Below the pieces are notes generated by a model that saw nothing but the letters and a program-made list of their open reading frames with translations, ran no database searches and was not told the origin of the DNA. Position numbers and translations under genes: made by a program. 58,157 bases of DNA from positions 1-58,157 of IMG/VR virus record IMGVR_UViG_3300023220_000531; one strand, written 5' to 3'. Positions 1 through 7,905 of the stretch are shown piece after piece. The DNA is from a virus. Its lineage: Duplodnaviria; Caudoviricetes. Every line of letters starts with the position of its first letter. Positions within the stretch are counted from its first letter, which is position 1.

Positions 1-144
1 CGTAACCTCTTCGCCTCATGGATTGTTCGACGGCGCACAGATTACCGTTATTGGCGCCGGTGAGTCTCCTTATAATGTTACCGATGGTTCAGTTCTTGTT
101 ATCGATGCAACTACATTTGCTTATCTGGTTGCTGGTTCACCGGC
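1..144. repeat. Terminal direct repeat, left copy (identical to 58014-58157); circular-assembly overlap
   Basis: CGTAACCTCT...TTCACCGGC (144 nt) recurs exactly at the window end, inside a reading frame that stays open across the junction. Confidence 0.97.
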
Positions 145-613
145 AACACCGGCAACAGGAACTATTACATCTACCGGTGTTATTCCTTTGGGAAGGATAC
201 AAACATACTTTACCCGAGATCTTGACGCCGACCCGATACCAACAGCGCCTGAAATAGCCGATGTGAATACCGCTATATTGGAAATAACACCAGCAAACAC
301 TCCTGATTCCTTTGTCATCACCAGTGCGCCAACGGCATTACCTATTGATTTCACATTTACAGAGCTGACACCAGACTCGACAACAATGAGAACCGCGGTC
401 AGCGCTAACCTAGATCAATTCTTTAATGAACAGGTTGATGTGAACGTTAATATCGACCGTGACGCTTACAGGGCAGCCATATTCAATACAATAGATCCAG
501 ACACCGGTTTTACAGTCACGTCGTTTGAATTGAGCTCACCTACAGGCGATATCGCTGTTGGTACCGGTGAACTTCCAACACACGGCACAGATGACTATAC
601 GGCGCTTCCATGA
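1..613 (+). CDS. Baseplate J / Mu gp47-like wedge protein, C-terminal part (gene starts at 57022 and crosses the junction; about 534 aa in total)
   Basis: Frame of ORF 23..613 is continuous with ATG 57022 through the 144-nt overlap; C-terminus (LSSPTGDIAVGTGELPTHG) typical of baseplate J; lies between gp46-like and gp48-like genes. Confidence 0.9.
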   Translation, partial: VTSSPHGLFDGAQITVIGAGESPYNVTDGSVLVIDATTFAYLVAGSPATPATGTITSTGVIPLGRIQTYFTRDLDADPIPTAPEIADVNTAILEITPANTPDSFVITSAPTALPIDFTFTELTPDSTTMRTAVSANLDQFFNEQVDVNVNIDRDAYRAAIFNTIDPDTGFTVTSFELSSPTGDIAVGTGELPTHGTDDYTALP

Positions 614-1194
614 CAGGATTAGTAATAGACAATAAGTTACTGATTGAAACTCAAGAATCATTAGCGGCTTTTTTACCTGGTGGTGAGTTATGGGAATCTG
701 CTTTAATACCTGGTACCAATCTAAATGCCATAACGCTAGGTCTATCCGGTGTCTTGCTGGATATTCAAAGCTTTATGTTTGTCTACAACAGCGAATTTAT
801 ACCCTCTCAACCAGGTACATCTTTCCTTGAGAACTGGGAACAGGCTGTTGGTATTCCTGATGAATGTTTTCCAGGTTCGGAGGAATCAGACCGAGAAACA
901 AGGCGGTTGCATGTATTGGTTAAACTGGCTTCACTTGGTGTTCAAACCACCGACGACTTCATTAACCTAGCGACTATTTTGGGTTTTCCCGGAACTATTG
1001 TAGAATCTGGCATAGACGCGGGTGTAGCAGAACCAGAGGGACAATTTACTATCGTTGTTACTTTTCCATTTTCAGGTAACAATTTTCCTCTAATATTTCC
1101 TATACTGTTTGGTAGTGATCAATTTGCAATACTGGAATGCCTGTTTACTAAACTAAAACCAGACAATTGCGATATCGTTTTTGGAGTGGACTAA
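610..1194 (+). CDS. Mu gp48 / YmfQ (DUF2313)-like baseplate protein
   Basis: LPGGELW, LENWEQAVGIPDEC and LECLFTKLKP motifs; directly follows baseplate J. Confidence 0.85.
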   Translation: MTGLVIDNKLLIETQESLAAFLPGGELWESALIPGTNLNAITLGLSGVLLDIQSFMFVYNSEFIPSQPGTSFLENWEQAVGIPDECFPGSEESDRETRRLHVLVKLASLGVQTTDDFINLATILGFPGTIVESGIDAGVAEPEGQFTIVVTFPFSGNNFPLIFPILFGSDQFAILECLFTKLKPDNCDIVFGVD

Positions 1195-1698
1195 GTGAAA
1201 GACTTAACGCCGAAGTTTGACAATACAGGTGGACCAACAGGGCAGTTAGACGCCGATGAATTTAATGATTTTGCGAATGATGTTCAGAATGCGATAACTG
1301 AGTCAGGACAGACACTAACTGTTGCTGTAGGCGATGATAATCTCCAGACACATAAAGCAATCGCAACAGGTGGTAAACGTATTAGCAGGGCTGATGCAAC
1401 TACCGCTGCCGTTGGTGATAACGTTCAACCTGATAATTCTTCGGCCGCACTAACTGTAAAATTGCCACCGATTGCTGATTTATTCGTCGGTGCTACTGTA
1501 TTTTTCGAACAGGTAACAGATCAACTTTATTCTACGAATGCGCTAACTATTGGTAGAAACAGCCAAAGCATTGAAGGGGCTGCGCAAGACTTCGTTATGG
1601 ATTCAGGAAATGCAGATAATACAAAAATTGCCGCCGTATGGGTTGCCGGTTCAATTGGCTGGAAAATACTGGTAGTTGGCACAGTAGGAGCAACATAG
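1195..1698 (+). CDS. Short tail-fibre base/adaptor protein
   Basis: N-terminal DADEFND..QNAITESG fibre-attachment motif; C-terminal DNSSAALTVKLP...NALTIGRNSQSI...GW domain common in phage fibres. Confidence 0.7.
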   Translation: MKDLTPKFDNTGGPTGQLDADEFNDFANDVQNAITESGQTLTVAVGDDNLQTHKAIATGGKRISRADATTAAVGDNVQPDNSSAALTVKLPPIADLFVGATVFFEQVTDQLYSTNALTIGRNSQSIEGAAQDFVMDSGNADNTKIAAVWVAGSIGWKILVVGTVGAT

Positions 1699-2742
1699 AT
1701 GACAAATTTTGATGATCGGTTCGCTGGCGGTGGCGGGGCATTTTTGGGAGTTCCATATCCCAGGAAGTCCAAGACCTTGAGTAGCGGTTATAACAACACA
1801 TTTACAACTGGTGGAGGAACAATATTTCCCTTCATAGTTGGCCGAGACATTCCTGTTCCTGACACAGTGTACGCTGGTATTATTGCACCGGTCGCAAATT
1901 TAGGGGCGACTTCTGTTATAGCAAGGGGACAGCGGCCTGATGGTACATCCATATGGAGTAAAGCTTACGGCACAGCCCTTAGCGGTCGAGCTACAGGTTC
2001 TTATTACATGGATGAAGCCAGTGGTAAGCTTTATATGCTCCAGGCTGATACCGGGACCACAAATCTTAAATTTATTGATGAGATTGATATGCTACTTGGG
2101 ACAGTAGTGACAAAAGTATCACTTGTTACCGGTATCACAAGTATCAATGCTGACCACAGTTACCATTTGCGGCCAGTTACCCCAGGTTCACCGGGAACTT
2201 CAGACTGGCGGATCATACACGGTTTTGGCTCTGGACAGACTGCCGCAATGTCAGTAATTACCACAAGCAACACAATCACGACTGACAAGCAAGATTTGAA
2301 AGTAGATTCTGGTGGTACTAATCAGAGTTTTGGATTCAAGCCTCAATACATGACCGCCGATAACAAAATTATTATTGGTGATTGGTTACACGCTGACGCT
2401 GGTGCTGGTTTAGAAACCGCGGGAACAAATATTTTCTTTAATATTCAGCGAGGCCCTATGCAAATTGGTGTAATAATGCCATTTGATGGAAACATGCCTT
2501 ATCCTTTTGCGAGTTCAAGCCTTATATCAACTACCCCTATAGATATGGCACCTAATGCACTTAAAACTGCATGGATATCATCTGAGAGTTCAGTAATATT
2601 TATTGCGGATAGTGCGACGACTGCTACGGGTAGCGCTATTCAGGTGTTCGGTAAACGAGTTTTTGACAAAGTTGATTTCGATAGATGGCTGAAAGGTATC
2701 TGTGATGCGCTTAACATGCCAACAGGGGAGGCGTTTTTCTAA
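1699..2742 (+). CDS. Putative receptor-binding / tail fibre protein
   Basis: G/T/S-rich 347 aa beginning MTNFDDRFAGGGG; coupled to the fibre base gene. Confidence 0.55.
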   Translation: MTNFDDRFAGGGGAFLGVPYPRKSKTLSSGYNNTFTTGGGTIFPFIVGRDIPVPDTVYAGIIAPVANLGATSVIARGQRPDGTSIWSKAYGTALSGRATGSYYMDEASGKLYMLQADTGTTNLKFIDEIDMLLGTVVTKVSLVTGITSINADHSYHLRPVTPGSPGTSDWRIIHGFGSGQTAAMSVITTSNTITTDKQDLKVDSGGTNQSFGFKPQYMTADNKIIIGDWLHADAGAGLETAGTNIFFNIQRGPMQIGVIMPFDGNMPYPFASSSLISTTPIDMAPNALKTAWISSESSVIFIADSATTATGSAIQVFGKRVFDKVDFDRWLKGICDALNMPTGEAFF

Positions 2743-3188
2743 TGAGCAGAATAGTTTATTTCCAACATGGTAATCCTGATTATAAAGGTGAACAGGAATT
2801 TTTCGGGCCGCCCACATGGGTTGAAAAAGTAGAAAATCCTCCTGGAACTGTGATTCAGGAAGCCGGTTTTTATTGTGACTATAGTGGATCTTCTGATGAA
2901 TCAGTTTTCCCTATACACACACCTTTAGTTGTTGTTAAAGATCGAAGAACCCGTGTAACTGGCCGAGAATTAATTGCTTTGTTTGATTCCCGTGACGAAG
3001 CTATATGGGACAAGGTTGAAGGTTCTGCAGCTACAGAGGCCAAGGATTTCAGAGAGGCCGTTGCCAGAAACTTAGATCGTCGAGTAAGTTTAACAGCCAC
3101 TTTTATCACCGATGCTTTTGCCCTAATGGTTCCATCCATTTGCACTCAAGACGATATTGATTTTGTTTCTCTCGGTATTGAATTGTGA
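2742..3188 (+). CDS. Hypothetical protein, possible fibre assembly chaperone
   Basis: TAATG coupling; position after the fibre gene. Confidence 0.5.
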   Translation: MSRIVYFQHGNPDYKGEQEFFGPPTWVEKVENPPGTVIQEAGFYCDYSGSSDESVFPIHTPLVVVKDRRTRVTGRELIALFDSRDEAIWDKVEGSAATEAKDFREAVARNLDRRVSLTATFITDAFALMVPSICTQDDIDFVSLGIEL

Positions 3189-3973
3189 GACTTTTAATAT
3201 TATTGATTGCGTTGCTACCGATATCATCCTTTGGTGAATATTTCGCTAATCAATCCTATGGACCAGGGCCACAACACAAATATGACCTCGAGACGACCGA
3301 TAGCGATATTTTGCTTGTATTGGTTCACGGTGGCGGCTGGGTTCAAGGTGATAAACGAGCGGCTAATTTCGATAATGGTGAAGCAATAAAATATGTTGCT
3401 AAACGGTATGGAATCAATATAGCTTCAGTGAATTATACTCTGGCAAAGCCCGGTACACCGACCGCGCCAATCAATAAGGACGGACCCAAGCCACGGCCTA
3501 CCCATAATGTTTATATTGCTGTTACAAAGATCAAGCAACGCACAGGCGCATCGAGGGTTGTTTTACTGGGTACGTCAGCAGGCGCGAACATAGCGGCTCT
3601 CACGTATGCCTATTACAAAGATAAAATCGATGGGTTTATTGGTTTTTATGGTGTCTACGACTTGAAACGAAGCAACGACTTTAATTCAACAGTACAGGGG
3701 ATGGTCGACACTTACACCGGTGGCAGCAATCAGAAAAAGCTTACGGCATCCCCGGTTAATATCCGATTTCCAACAAAGAAATATTTATTATTCCATGGCA
3801 ATGAAGACACTGTAGTTGAATCGATACAGTCAGCACTGATGGTCGATAAAAAGCCTGGTGCTGAGTTTCATCTAATCGAAGGCAAGAATCACGGATTTAA
3901 AGTTTTCGGCGAGAAGAACGACCCAGCGCCATGGGTAGAGCGTTTAATCCGGTTCGTTTATACAGGTGAGTGA
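3185..3973 (+). CDS. Exported alpha/beta-hydrolase (HSL-family esterase/lipase)
   Basis: Signal peptide; HGGGW oxyanion motif, GTSAG nucleophile elbow, HGNEDTVV Asp, KNHGF His. Confidence 0.9.
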   Translation: MRLLILLIALLPISSFGEYFANQSYGPGPQHKYDLETTDSDILLVLVHGGGWVQGDKRAANFDNGEAIKYVAKRYGINIASVNYTLAKPGTPTAPINKDGPKPRPTHNVYIAVTKIKQRTGASRVVLLGTSAGANIAALTYAYYKDKIDGFIGFYGVYDLKRSNDFNSTVQGMVDTYTGGSNQKKLTASPVNIRFPTKKYLLFHGNEDTVVESIQSALMVDKKPGAEFHLIEGKNHGFKVFGEKNDPAPWVERLIRFVYTGE

Positions 3974-4250
3974 TATGGATAAAAAATGGTTAGTAATTTA
4001 TATGTCTTTGATTATTTCCGGTTGTGGCACTACAGGACTTGTCGATAATGATACCGAATATGTCATGGTGTCTGTCGGTTGCGCTGGTGGTTTGTCAGCT
4101 CTTTTCACTGGTGAGGTTTGCTACTGTAAAGCGACCGATTCAGTTGAAGGAAAGGAAAATGATATTGATTGGAAAATTGATTTCAACGGAAAGGACGATT
4201 GCAAAGTTATCGGTAGGTCTGAAGGTTCTTTGAACACTGAAGGTAACTAA
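3966..4250 (+). CDS. Cys-rich lipoprotein
   Basis: MDKKWLVIYMSLIISGC lipobox (ATG 3975 likely); four further Cys. Confidence 0.7.
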   Translation: MSDMDKKWLVIYMSLIISGCGTTGLVDNDTEYVMVSVGCAGGLSALFTGEVCYCKATDSVEGKENDIDWKIDFNGKDDCKVIGRSEGSLNTEGN

Positions 4251-4693
4251 TGGATTTAACAGAGCGATATTCAAGAGCTTCGAATCATCTGCTTTATATA
4301 AAAGTTGGCGGCAGTTATCAATTAGTCGCTGATTACTTCTTTCAAACATCCATTCTCCCCGGCAAAGACATCATCACAGAGCGCTTACACTTGCTGACTG
4401 ATGGCCGCATGTTCATATTGCGCGGTTATTGTTGGGATGGCACCAGTGGCCCCGTAATCGACCGTAAGACTAATATGCGAGCTGGCTGTGGCCATGATGG
4501 TCTTTATCAACTGTCTAGGATGAATAAAATTCCTTTTGAATGGTGGCCTCGGTTAGATTTAGAGTTTGCAAAAGTTCTCGATGAAGACGGAGCGTGGTCT
4601 ATAACTATATGGACAGACCTAAAAGGATTGTCACTTGCCAAAGGTAAAGCAGCGCATCCCAATAGTAGGAAAAAGAGGTACGTGGCGCCATGA
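4250..4693 (+). CDS. DUF1353-like protein
   Basis: GYCWDGTSGP...AGCGHDGLYQ motif pattern; lysis-region context. Confidence 0.65.
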   Translation: MDLTERYSRASNHLLYIKVGGSYQLVADYFFQTSILPGKDIITERLHLLTDGRMFILRGYCWDGTSGPVIDRKTNMRAGCGHDGLYQLSRMNKIPFEWWPRLDLEFAKVLDEDGAWSITIWTDLKGLSLAKGKAAHPNSRKKRYVAP

Positions 4694-5028
4694 AAAAATT
4701 ACTAACAAAGTACTGGCCGGTAACCGTTTTCGTTTTGGGCGGAATTATCTCAGCTATAGCTTACGGTGCCGAAGCGGTACACGATCACGCGAAAGCCGAG
4801 AACGCCAAACAAACAGAAAACACAAAGCAGGTCGCGCAGTCAGCTGCCGCCAGCATGAAGGCAATAGCCCTTCTGATACAGGAACAGCGCATTGCTGAAA
4901 TGAGCGATCGAAAGAACGAGATAGAATCGAAAGTCACCCAGACCGAACCAGAACGACTCCGAGTTCTCCAGATAAAAAAGAGTCTCGAGGCTGCGCGGTT
5001 GTCCGTAAAAACAATAGGATCGATGTAG
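4690..5028 (+). CDS. Membrane-anchored coiled-coil protein (lysis accessory, i-spanin- or holin-like)
   Basis: One N-terminal TM segment followed by a helical heptad region; directly upstream of the endolysin. Confidence 0.5.
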   Translation: MKKLLTKYWPVTVFVLGGIISAIAYGAEAVHDHAKAENAKQTENTKQVAQSAAASMKAIALLIQEQRIAEMSDRKNEIESKVTQTEPERLRVLQIKKSLEAARLSVKTIGSM

Positions 5029-5031
5029 ATA

Positions 5032-5520
5032 ATGGCTAAATTCGGTAAAACATCACTGCAAAGACAGGAAGGGCTCTGTATCGAACTAAAAGAAGCCTCT
5101 AACCAGGTGATTCAAGTAATCGATCATTCCATTATCTGTAGTATTCGGAGCAAAGAGGATCAAAACAAGGCCTTTAATAGCTCACCACAGCGCTCTCACA
5201 TCAAATGGCCAATGTCTAAGCACAATGTAACCTCTGAACGAACTAAGGCTGACGCCATCGACGTGTGGCCCTGGATACCAGGCTTTGGCGCCATCAGTGG
5301 CAGCAAAGAACAGATAGCGGACATAATGCTCAAGCAAAATAAAAGCAGGGTTCAGGTATTAGCATTCGTTTATAAATCGTTCGCCAGGCTATCCGGTTAT
5401 TATCAAATGGCAGGTTATGATTTAGGCTTCGATACTATCTGGGGCGGTGACTGGGACAATGACGGAAACCTTTTAGACCAAAACTTTCATGACCTCCCAC
5501 ACATAGAAATCGTTCGATAG
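5032..5520 (+). CDS. Endolysin, peptidase M15 (L-Ala-D-Glu peptidase type)
   Basis: R..E.Q, SKH....AID, WGGDW and DLPHIE zinc-peptidase motifs. Confidence 0.9.
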   Translation: MAKFGKTSLQRQEGLCIELKEASNQVIQVIDHSIICSIRSKEDQNKAFNSSPQRSHIKWPMSKHNVTSERTKADAIDVWPWIPGFGAISGSKEQIADIMLKQNKSRVQVLAFVYKSFARLSGYYQMAGYDLGFDTIWGGDWDNDGNLLDQNFHDLPHIEIVR

Positions 5521-5548
5521 TAGATTAATCCCTCTTTTTGGTTATAAT
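5521..5548 (+). promoter_or_regulatory. Putative sigma70 promoter for the peptide / membrane protein / holin unit
   Basis: TAGATT-N16-TATAAT immediately after the endolysin stop. Confidence 0.5.
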
Positions 5549-5580
5549 CACTTCATTGATTAAAACTTATAGGTATCAGT

Positions 5581-5694
5581 ATGACGCCCGAAATTGAAAC
5601 CAAACCAGATTCAATTCCTAAAGGTGGTGGTGGAGGTACCTCTGAACCGCGAGATAGAGATCGAGAAGATGATGATTTAGGTGAAGTCGAGTAA
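5581..5694 (+). CDS. 37-aa peptide MTPEIETKPDSIPKGGGGGTSEPRDRDREDDDLGEVE (not in ORF track)
   Basis: AGGT RBS and ATG; its TAA overlaps the next ATG (TAATG coupling). Confidence 0.7.
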   Translation: MTPEIETKPDSIPKGGGGGTSEPRDRDREDDDLGEVE

Positions 5695-6242
5695 TGGAAT
5701 ATTCATTCATTTTATTTGCGATCATCGCTGGTGTTGTTGCAAACCTAAGCACCTCTGATGAGAAAGTAAGACTTTGTATCATGTATGCTCAGGTATTATT
5801 ATTCGCTGGTCTTTTTGCCCACGGTACGACGGCCTGGATAAATCATAGAGATTCCATGTTACCTGCAAGCGATTGGTTGACTCGGTTTCTGGATTTTTAT
5901 CAATACCTGGTACCCGCAGCATTGAACCTCTATGCAATAACAAGGTTTCAGAAGTCAATGAACCGGGCTTATAGGCTTATTTCTATTCCATTATCGTTCA
6001 CTATTTTATACAACATCGGCGTTCCTTTAGAGTTTAAATTATTCGGGACAACCAATCTTTGGTCCGCTACTTTCATAATCCCCGCACTTTGTGCTACTGA
6101 GGTGATCTTATTACTGGTAGGTTCAGATGTCATTCGAGATAAATTTGGCGGTATTGATCGTGATGGTCATACTGTTCGAAGTACGCTTAGTCGACCTGCT
6201 AGAAACCGCAGTTTACATAGGGGTGATACACACCGTAATTAA
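5694..6242 (+). CDS. Polytopic membrane protein (about 5 TM) with a basic C-terminal tail
   Basis: Five hydrophobic segments; translationally coupled to the peptide ORF. Confidence 0.75.
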   Translation: MEYSFILFAIIAGVVANLSTSDEKVRLCIMYAQVLLFAGLFAHGTTAWINHRDSMLPASDWLTRFLDFYQYLVPAALNLYAITRFQKSMNRAYRLISIPLSFTILYNIGVPLEFKLFGTTNLWSATFIIPALCATEVILLLVGSDVIRDKFGGIDRDGHTVRSTLSRPARNRSLHRGDTHRN

Positions 6243-6297
6243 GGTGGTTGTATCGGGTATCAAAGCATTGGCCAAAGAAGCGGAGGACGACGAATAA
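6127..6297 (+). CDS. 56-aa two-TM protein overlapping the 3' end of the 5-TM gene in another frame (not in ORF track)
   Basis: GGTAGG RBS; MSFEINLAVLIVMVILFEVRLVDLLETAVYIGVIHTVIKVVVSGIKALAKEAEDDE. Confidence 0.5.
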   Translation: MSFEINLAVLIVMVILFEVRLVDLLETAVYIGVIHTVIKVVVSGIKALAKEAEDDE

Positions 6298-6335
6298 TTA
6301 TTCATGGTGCGCCTGGATAATTCGGCGTTAAATGG

Positions 6336-6653
6336 ATGTTATTAACTCAATTCATCAGTTCTTATTCTGTATACATCGATGCTGGTCTCATTGGGACATT
6401 CGGTGGCCTAGCTAATTATTTCTACTACATCGATAAACAACATTTAAAATTTAAATTCAGACATCTTTTTACCACATCAATATTGGCATTCTTCATGGGA
6501 ATTGTCGGTTATGTCTTCCTTCCCACTGGACCCAATAAGCTGGGTTACCTGATGCTGGTAGGGTTTTTCTGCTATCCAATAATTGATTTTCTTTCTAAGA
6601 ATTTGGATAGGGTATTAAAGGCGATAATTAAGCGAGGGACTTTTGGCGACTGA
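6336..6653 (+). CDS. Holin (LydA-like, 3 TM)
   Basis: GTFGGLANY motif, three TM segments, basic C-terminus. Confidence 0.75.
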   Translation: MLLTQFISSYSVYIDAGLIGTFGGLANYFYYIDKQHLKFKFRHLFTTSILAFFMGIVGYVFLPTGPNKLGYLMLVGFFCYPIIDFLSKNLDRVLKAIIKRGTFGD

Positions 6654-6803
6654 TGGAACTTTGCACCAAAATTCACCATTAACGACAATCACATCACATT
6701 TGATTCCAACCAGAACAGTCCTTTGAATATGCCTAACCGTCTCGGTGCTAAAGCTGATTAAGATCAAGAAAATTACTATTTTTATTAGTGTGGTTTTAGC
6801 CAT
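6615..6803 (-). CDS. Small exported or membrane protein, last gene of the leftward arm
   Basis: N-terminal hydrophobic segment; overlaps the HNH stop and the holin 3' end. Confidence 0.4.
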   Translation of the reverse strand: MAKTTLIKIVIFLILISFSTETVRHIQRTVLVGIKCDVIVVNGEFWCKVPSVAKSPSLNYRL

Positions 6804-7311
6804 TTAAACCAGGTCCGTTAGCCCTATGCCATGCACCGTGGCAACTGCGGCACAACCATCTTACCGACAGAAGCAATGAATAGTCGTCGTGATGGCCGTG
6901 CAATGTGTCTGTATTGTCGCATTTCGAACAATTATCCGGCCTTGTCAACCAACCACATTTTATTGCGTTGTTAACTGCGGTTTTTGCTTTAGTCTTGATT
7001 GGGTTTTTTGCGGTATATTTGGCTTTACTACGCCTGTATTCATCAGTCTTTTGATAAGCTGCCTGATAGTTTTTGTATTTGTCGCTTTTTTGATGTTTGG
7101 ACACAGTAAGATTTCTGGCTTCGCTCTTTAGATAAGCTGCTCTGACGCTCTTACCTTTAGCACTGTTCACGTATTCAGTCTCAAACTTCTTTCTACACGT
7201 CTTGCATGCATACTGAAGACCGTCTTTTGATTTGGCTCGCCTACTAAATTCAGATAGTGGAGTGGGATTTTTACAAGTGGTGCATATTTTAGTAGAATCA
7301 ATATCAGACAT
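6796..7311 (-). CDS. Zn-finger / HNH endonuclease (paralog of 13206..13703)
   Basis: CTTC...GLQYACKTC N-terminus; CSKC...HGHHDDYS...VRWLCRSCHGAWH C-terminus. Confidence 0.85.
   Translation of the reverse strand: MSDIDSTKICTTCKNPTPLSEFSRRAKSKDGLQYACKTCRKKFETEYVNSAKGKSVRAAYLKSEARNLTVSKHQKSDKYKNYQAAYQKTDEYRRSKAKYTAKNPIKTKAKTAVNNAIKCGWLTRPDNCSKCDNTDTLHGHHDDYSLLLSVRWLCRSCHGAWHRANGPGLNG
7270..7298 (+). promoter_or_regulatory. Antisense sigma70 promoter inside the HNH gene start
   Basis: TTTACA-N17-TAGAAT; same position in the paralog. Confidence 0.65.
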
Positions 7312-7375
7312 TTTGACCTCTGCTATAGGTTGAAATGATTAGAATAGAGCCAGTTGACGCTGGCTTTGTTCGTTT
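7305..7375 (+). ncRNA. Candidate antisense sRNA covering the HNH start codon and RBS
   Basis: Hairpins UUUUGACCU/AGGUUGAAA and GAAUAGAGCCAG/CUGGCUUUGUUC pair fully (with G-U) only on the + strand; covary with the paralog. Confidence 0.6.
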
Positions 7376-7384
7376 ATTATAGCA
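7376..7384 (-). promoter_or_regulatory. Extended -10 promoter of the HNH gene
   Basis: TGCTATAAT on the minus strand about 65 nt upstream of the ATG; paralog has TGTTATAAT. Confidence 0.65.
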
Positions 7385-7446
7385 TTTTTATTAAAACTGT
7401 GGTCTCAGATAATTCAAACATACATTTAGCGCCGCTCTTTATTTTT

Positions 7447-7566
7447 CTATAAGTCTGAATACTTGTCGGGGAACTCATAGAAAAACATTATCTGGTTTAG
7501 GCGTAGATACCACTTACCACCCCTTTTAAGGTGCCGACTTAACGACTGACGCGCCCCGATGTTCAT
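7447..7566 (-). CDS. Possible 39-aa ORF (MNIGARQSLSRHLKRGGKWYLRLNQIMFFYEFPDKYSDL)
   Basis: Open frame filling the gap in the operon direction; weak RBS. Confidence 0.35.
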   Translation of the reverse strand: MNIGARQSLSRHLKRGGKWYLRLNQIMFFYEFPDKYSDL

Positions 7567-7573
7567 TTAAATA

Positions 7574-7840
7574 TTACCACCAAAAAGGGAGTTCAATTTC
7601 TTCTTTCTCACAATACTCAATAATAGCTTCTTTCTCTGTAGCGCCGAATCCCATTGCATCAAACCCGTATTTGTCTCCAAAGTCGCCAGGGCTTTCCATT
7701 TCATCCCAACAAGTCCAAGGATGATCACCGCAACCAGGCGAATTCCATGTGTAAATTTTATTTACTTTTTTCCAATCGCCAAGAGTCGCTTTTTGCTGAC
7801 CAATTCCCTCGATCGATAATTGTTCATTGCTCATTTTCAA
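7574..7840 (-). CDS. Hypothetical protein
   Basis: GGAG RBS; operon orientation. Confidence 0.6.
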   Translation of the reverse strand: MKMSNEQLSIEGIGQQKATLGDWKKVNKIYTWNSPGCGDHPWTCWDEMESPGDFGDKYGFDAMGFGATEKEAIIEYCEKEEIELPFWW

Positions 7841-7905
7841 ACTCCATTACATCTTCGTAAAGATAAGTCCAGATTGTTGCCACGGTTTTATTATTAAGTT
7901 AAGTG

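Noticed and set aside
4635-4898. Overlapping ORF as an Rz1-like o-spanin
   Set aside because: No hydrophobic signal or lipobox
7455-7560. Possible cloverleaf RNA on the minus strand (UCGGGG...CCCCGA with small hairpins)
   Set aside because: The stems are short, there are no tRNA T- or D-loop motifs, and the same stretch is an intact 39-codon ORF in operon orientation; it cannot be resolved by eye
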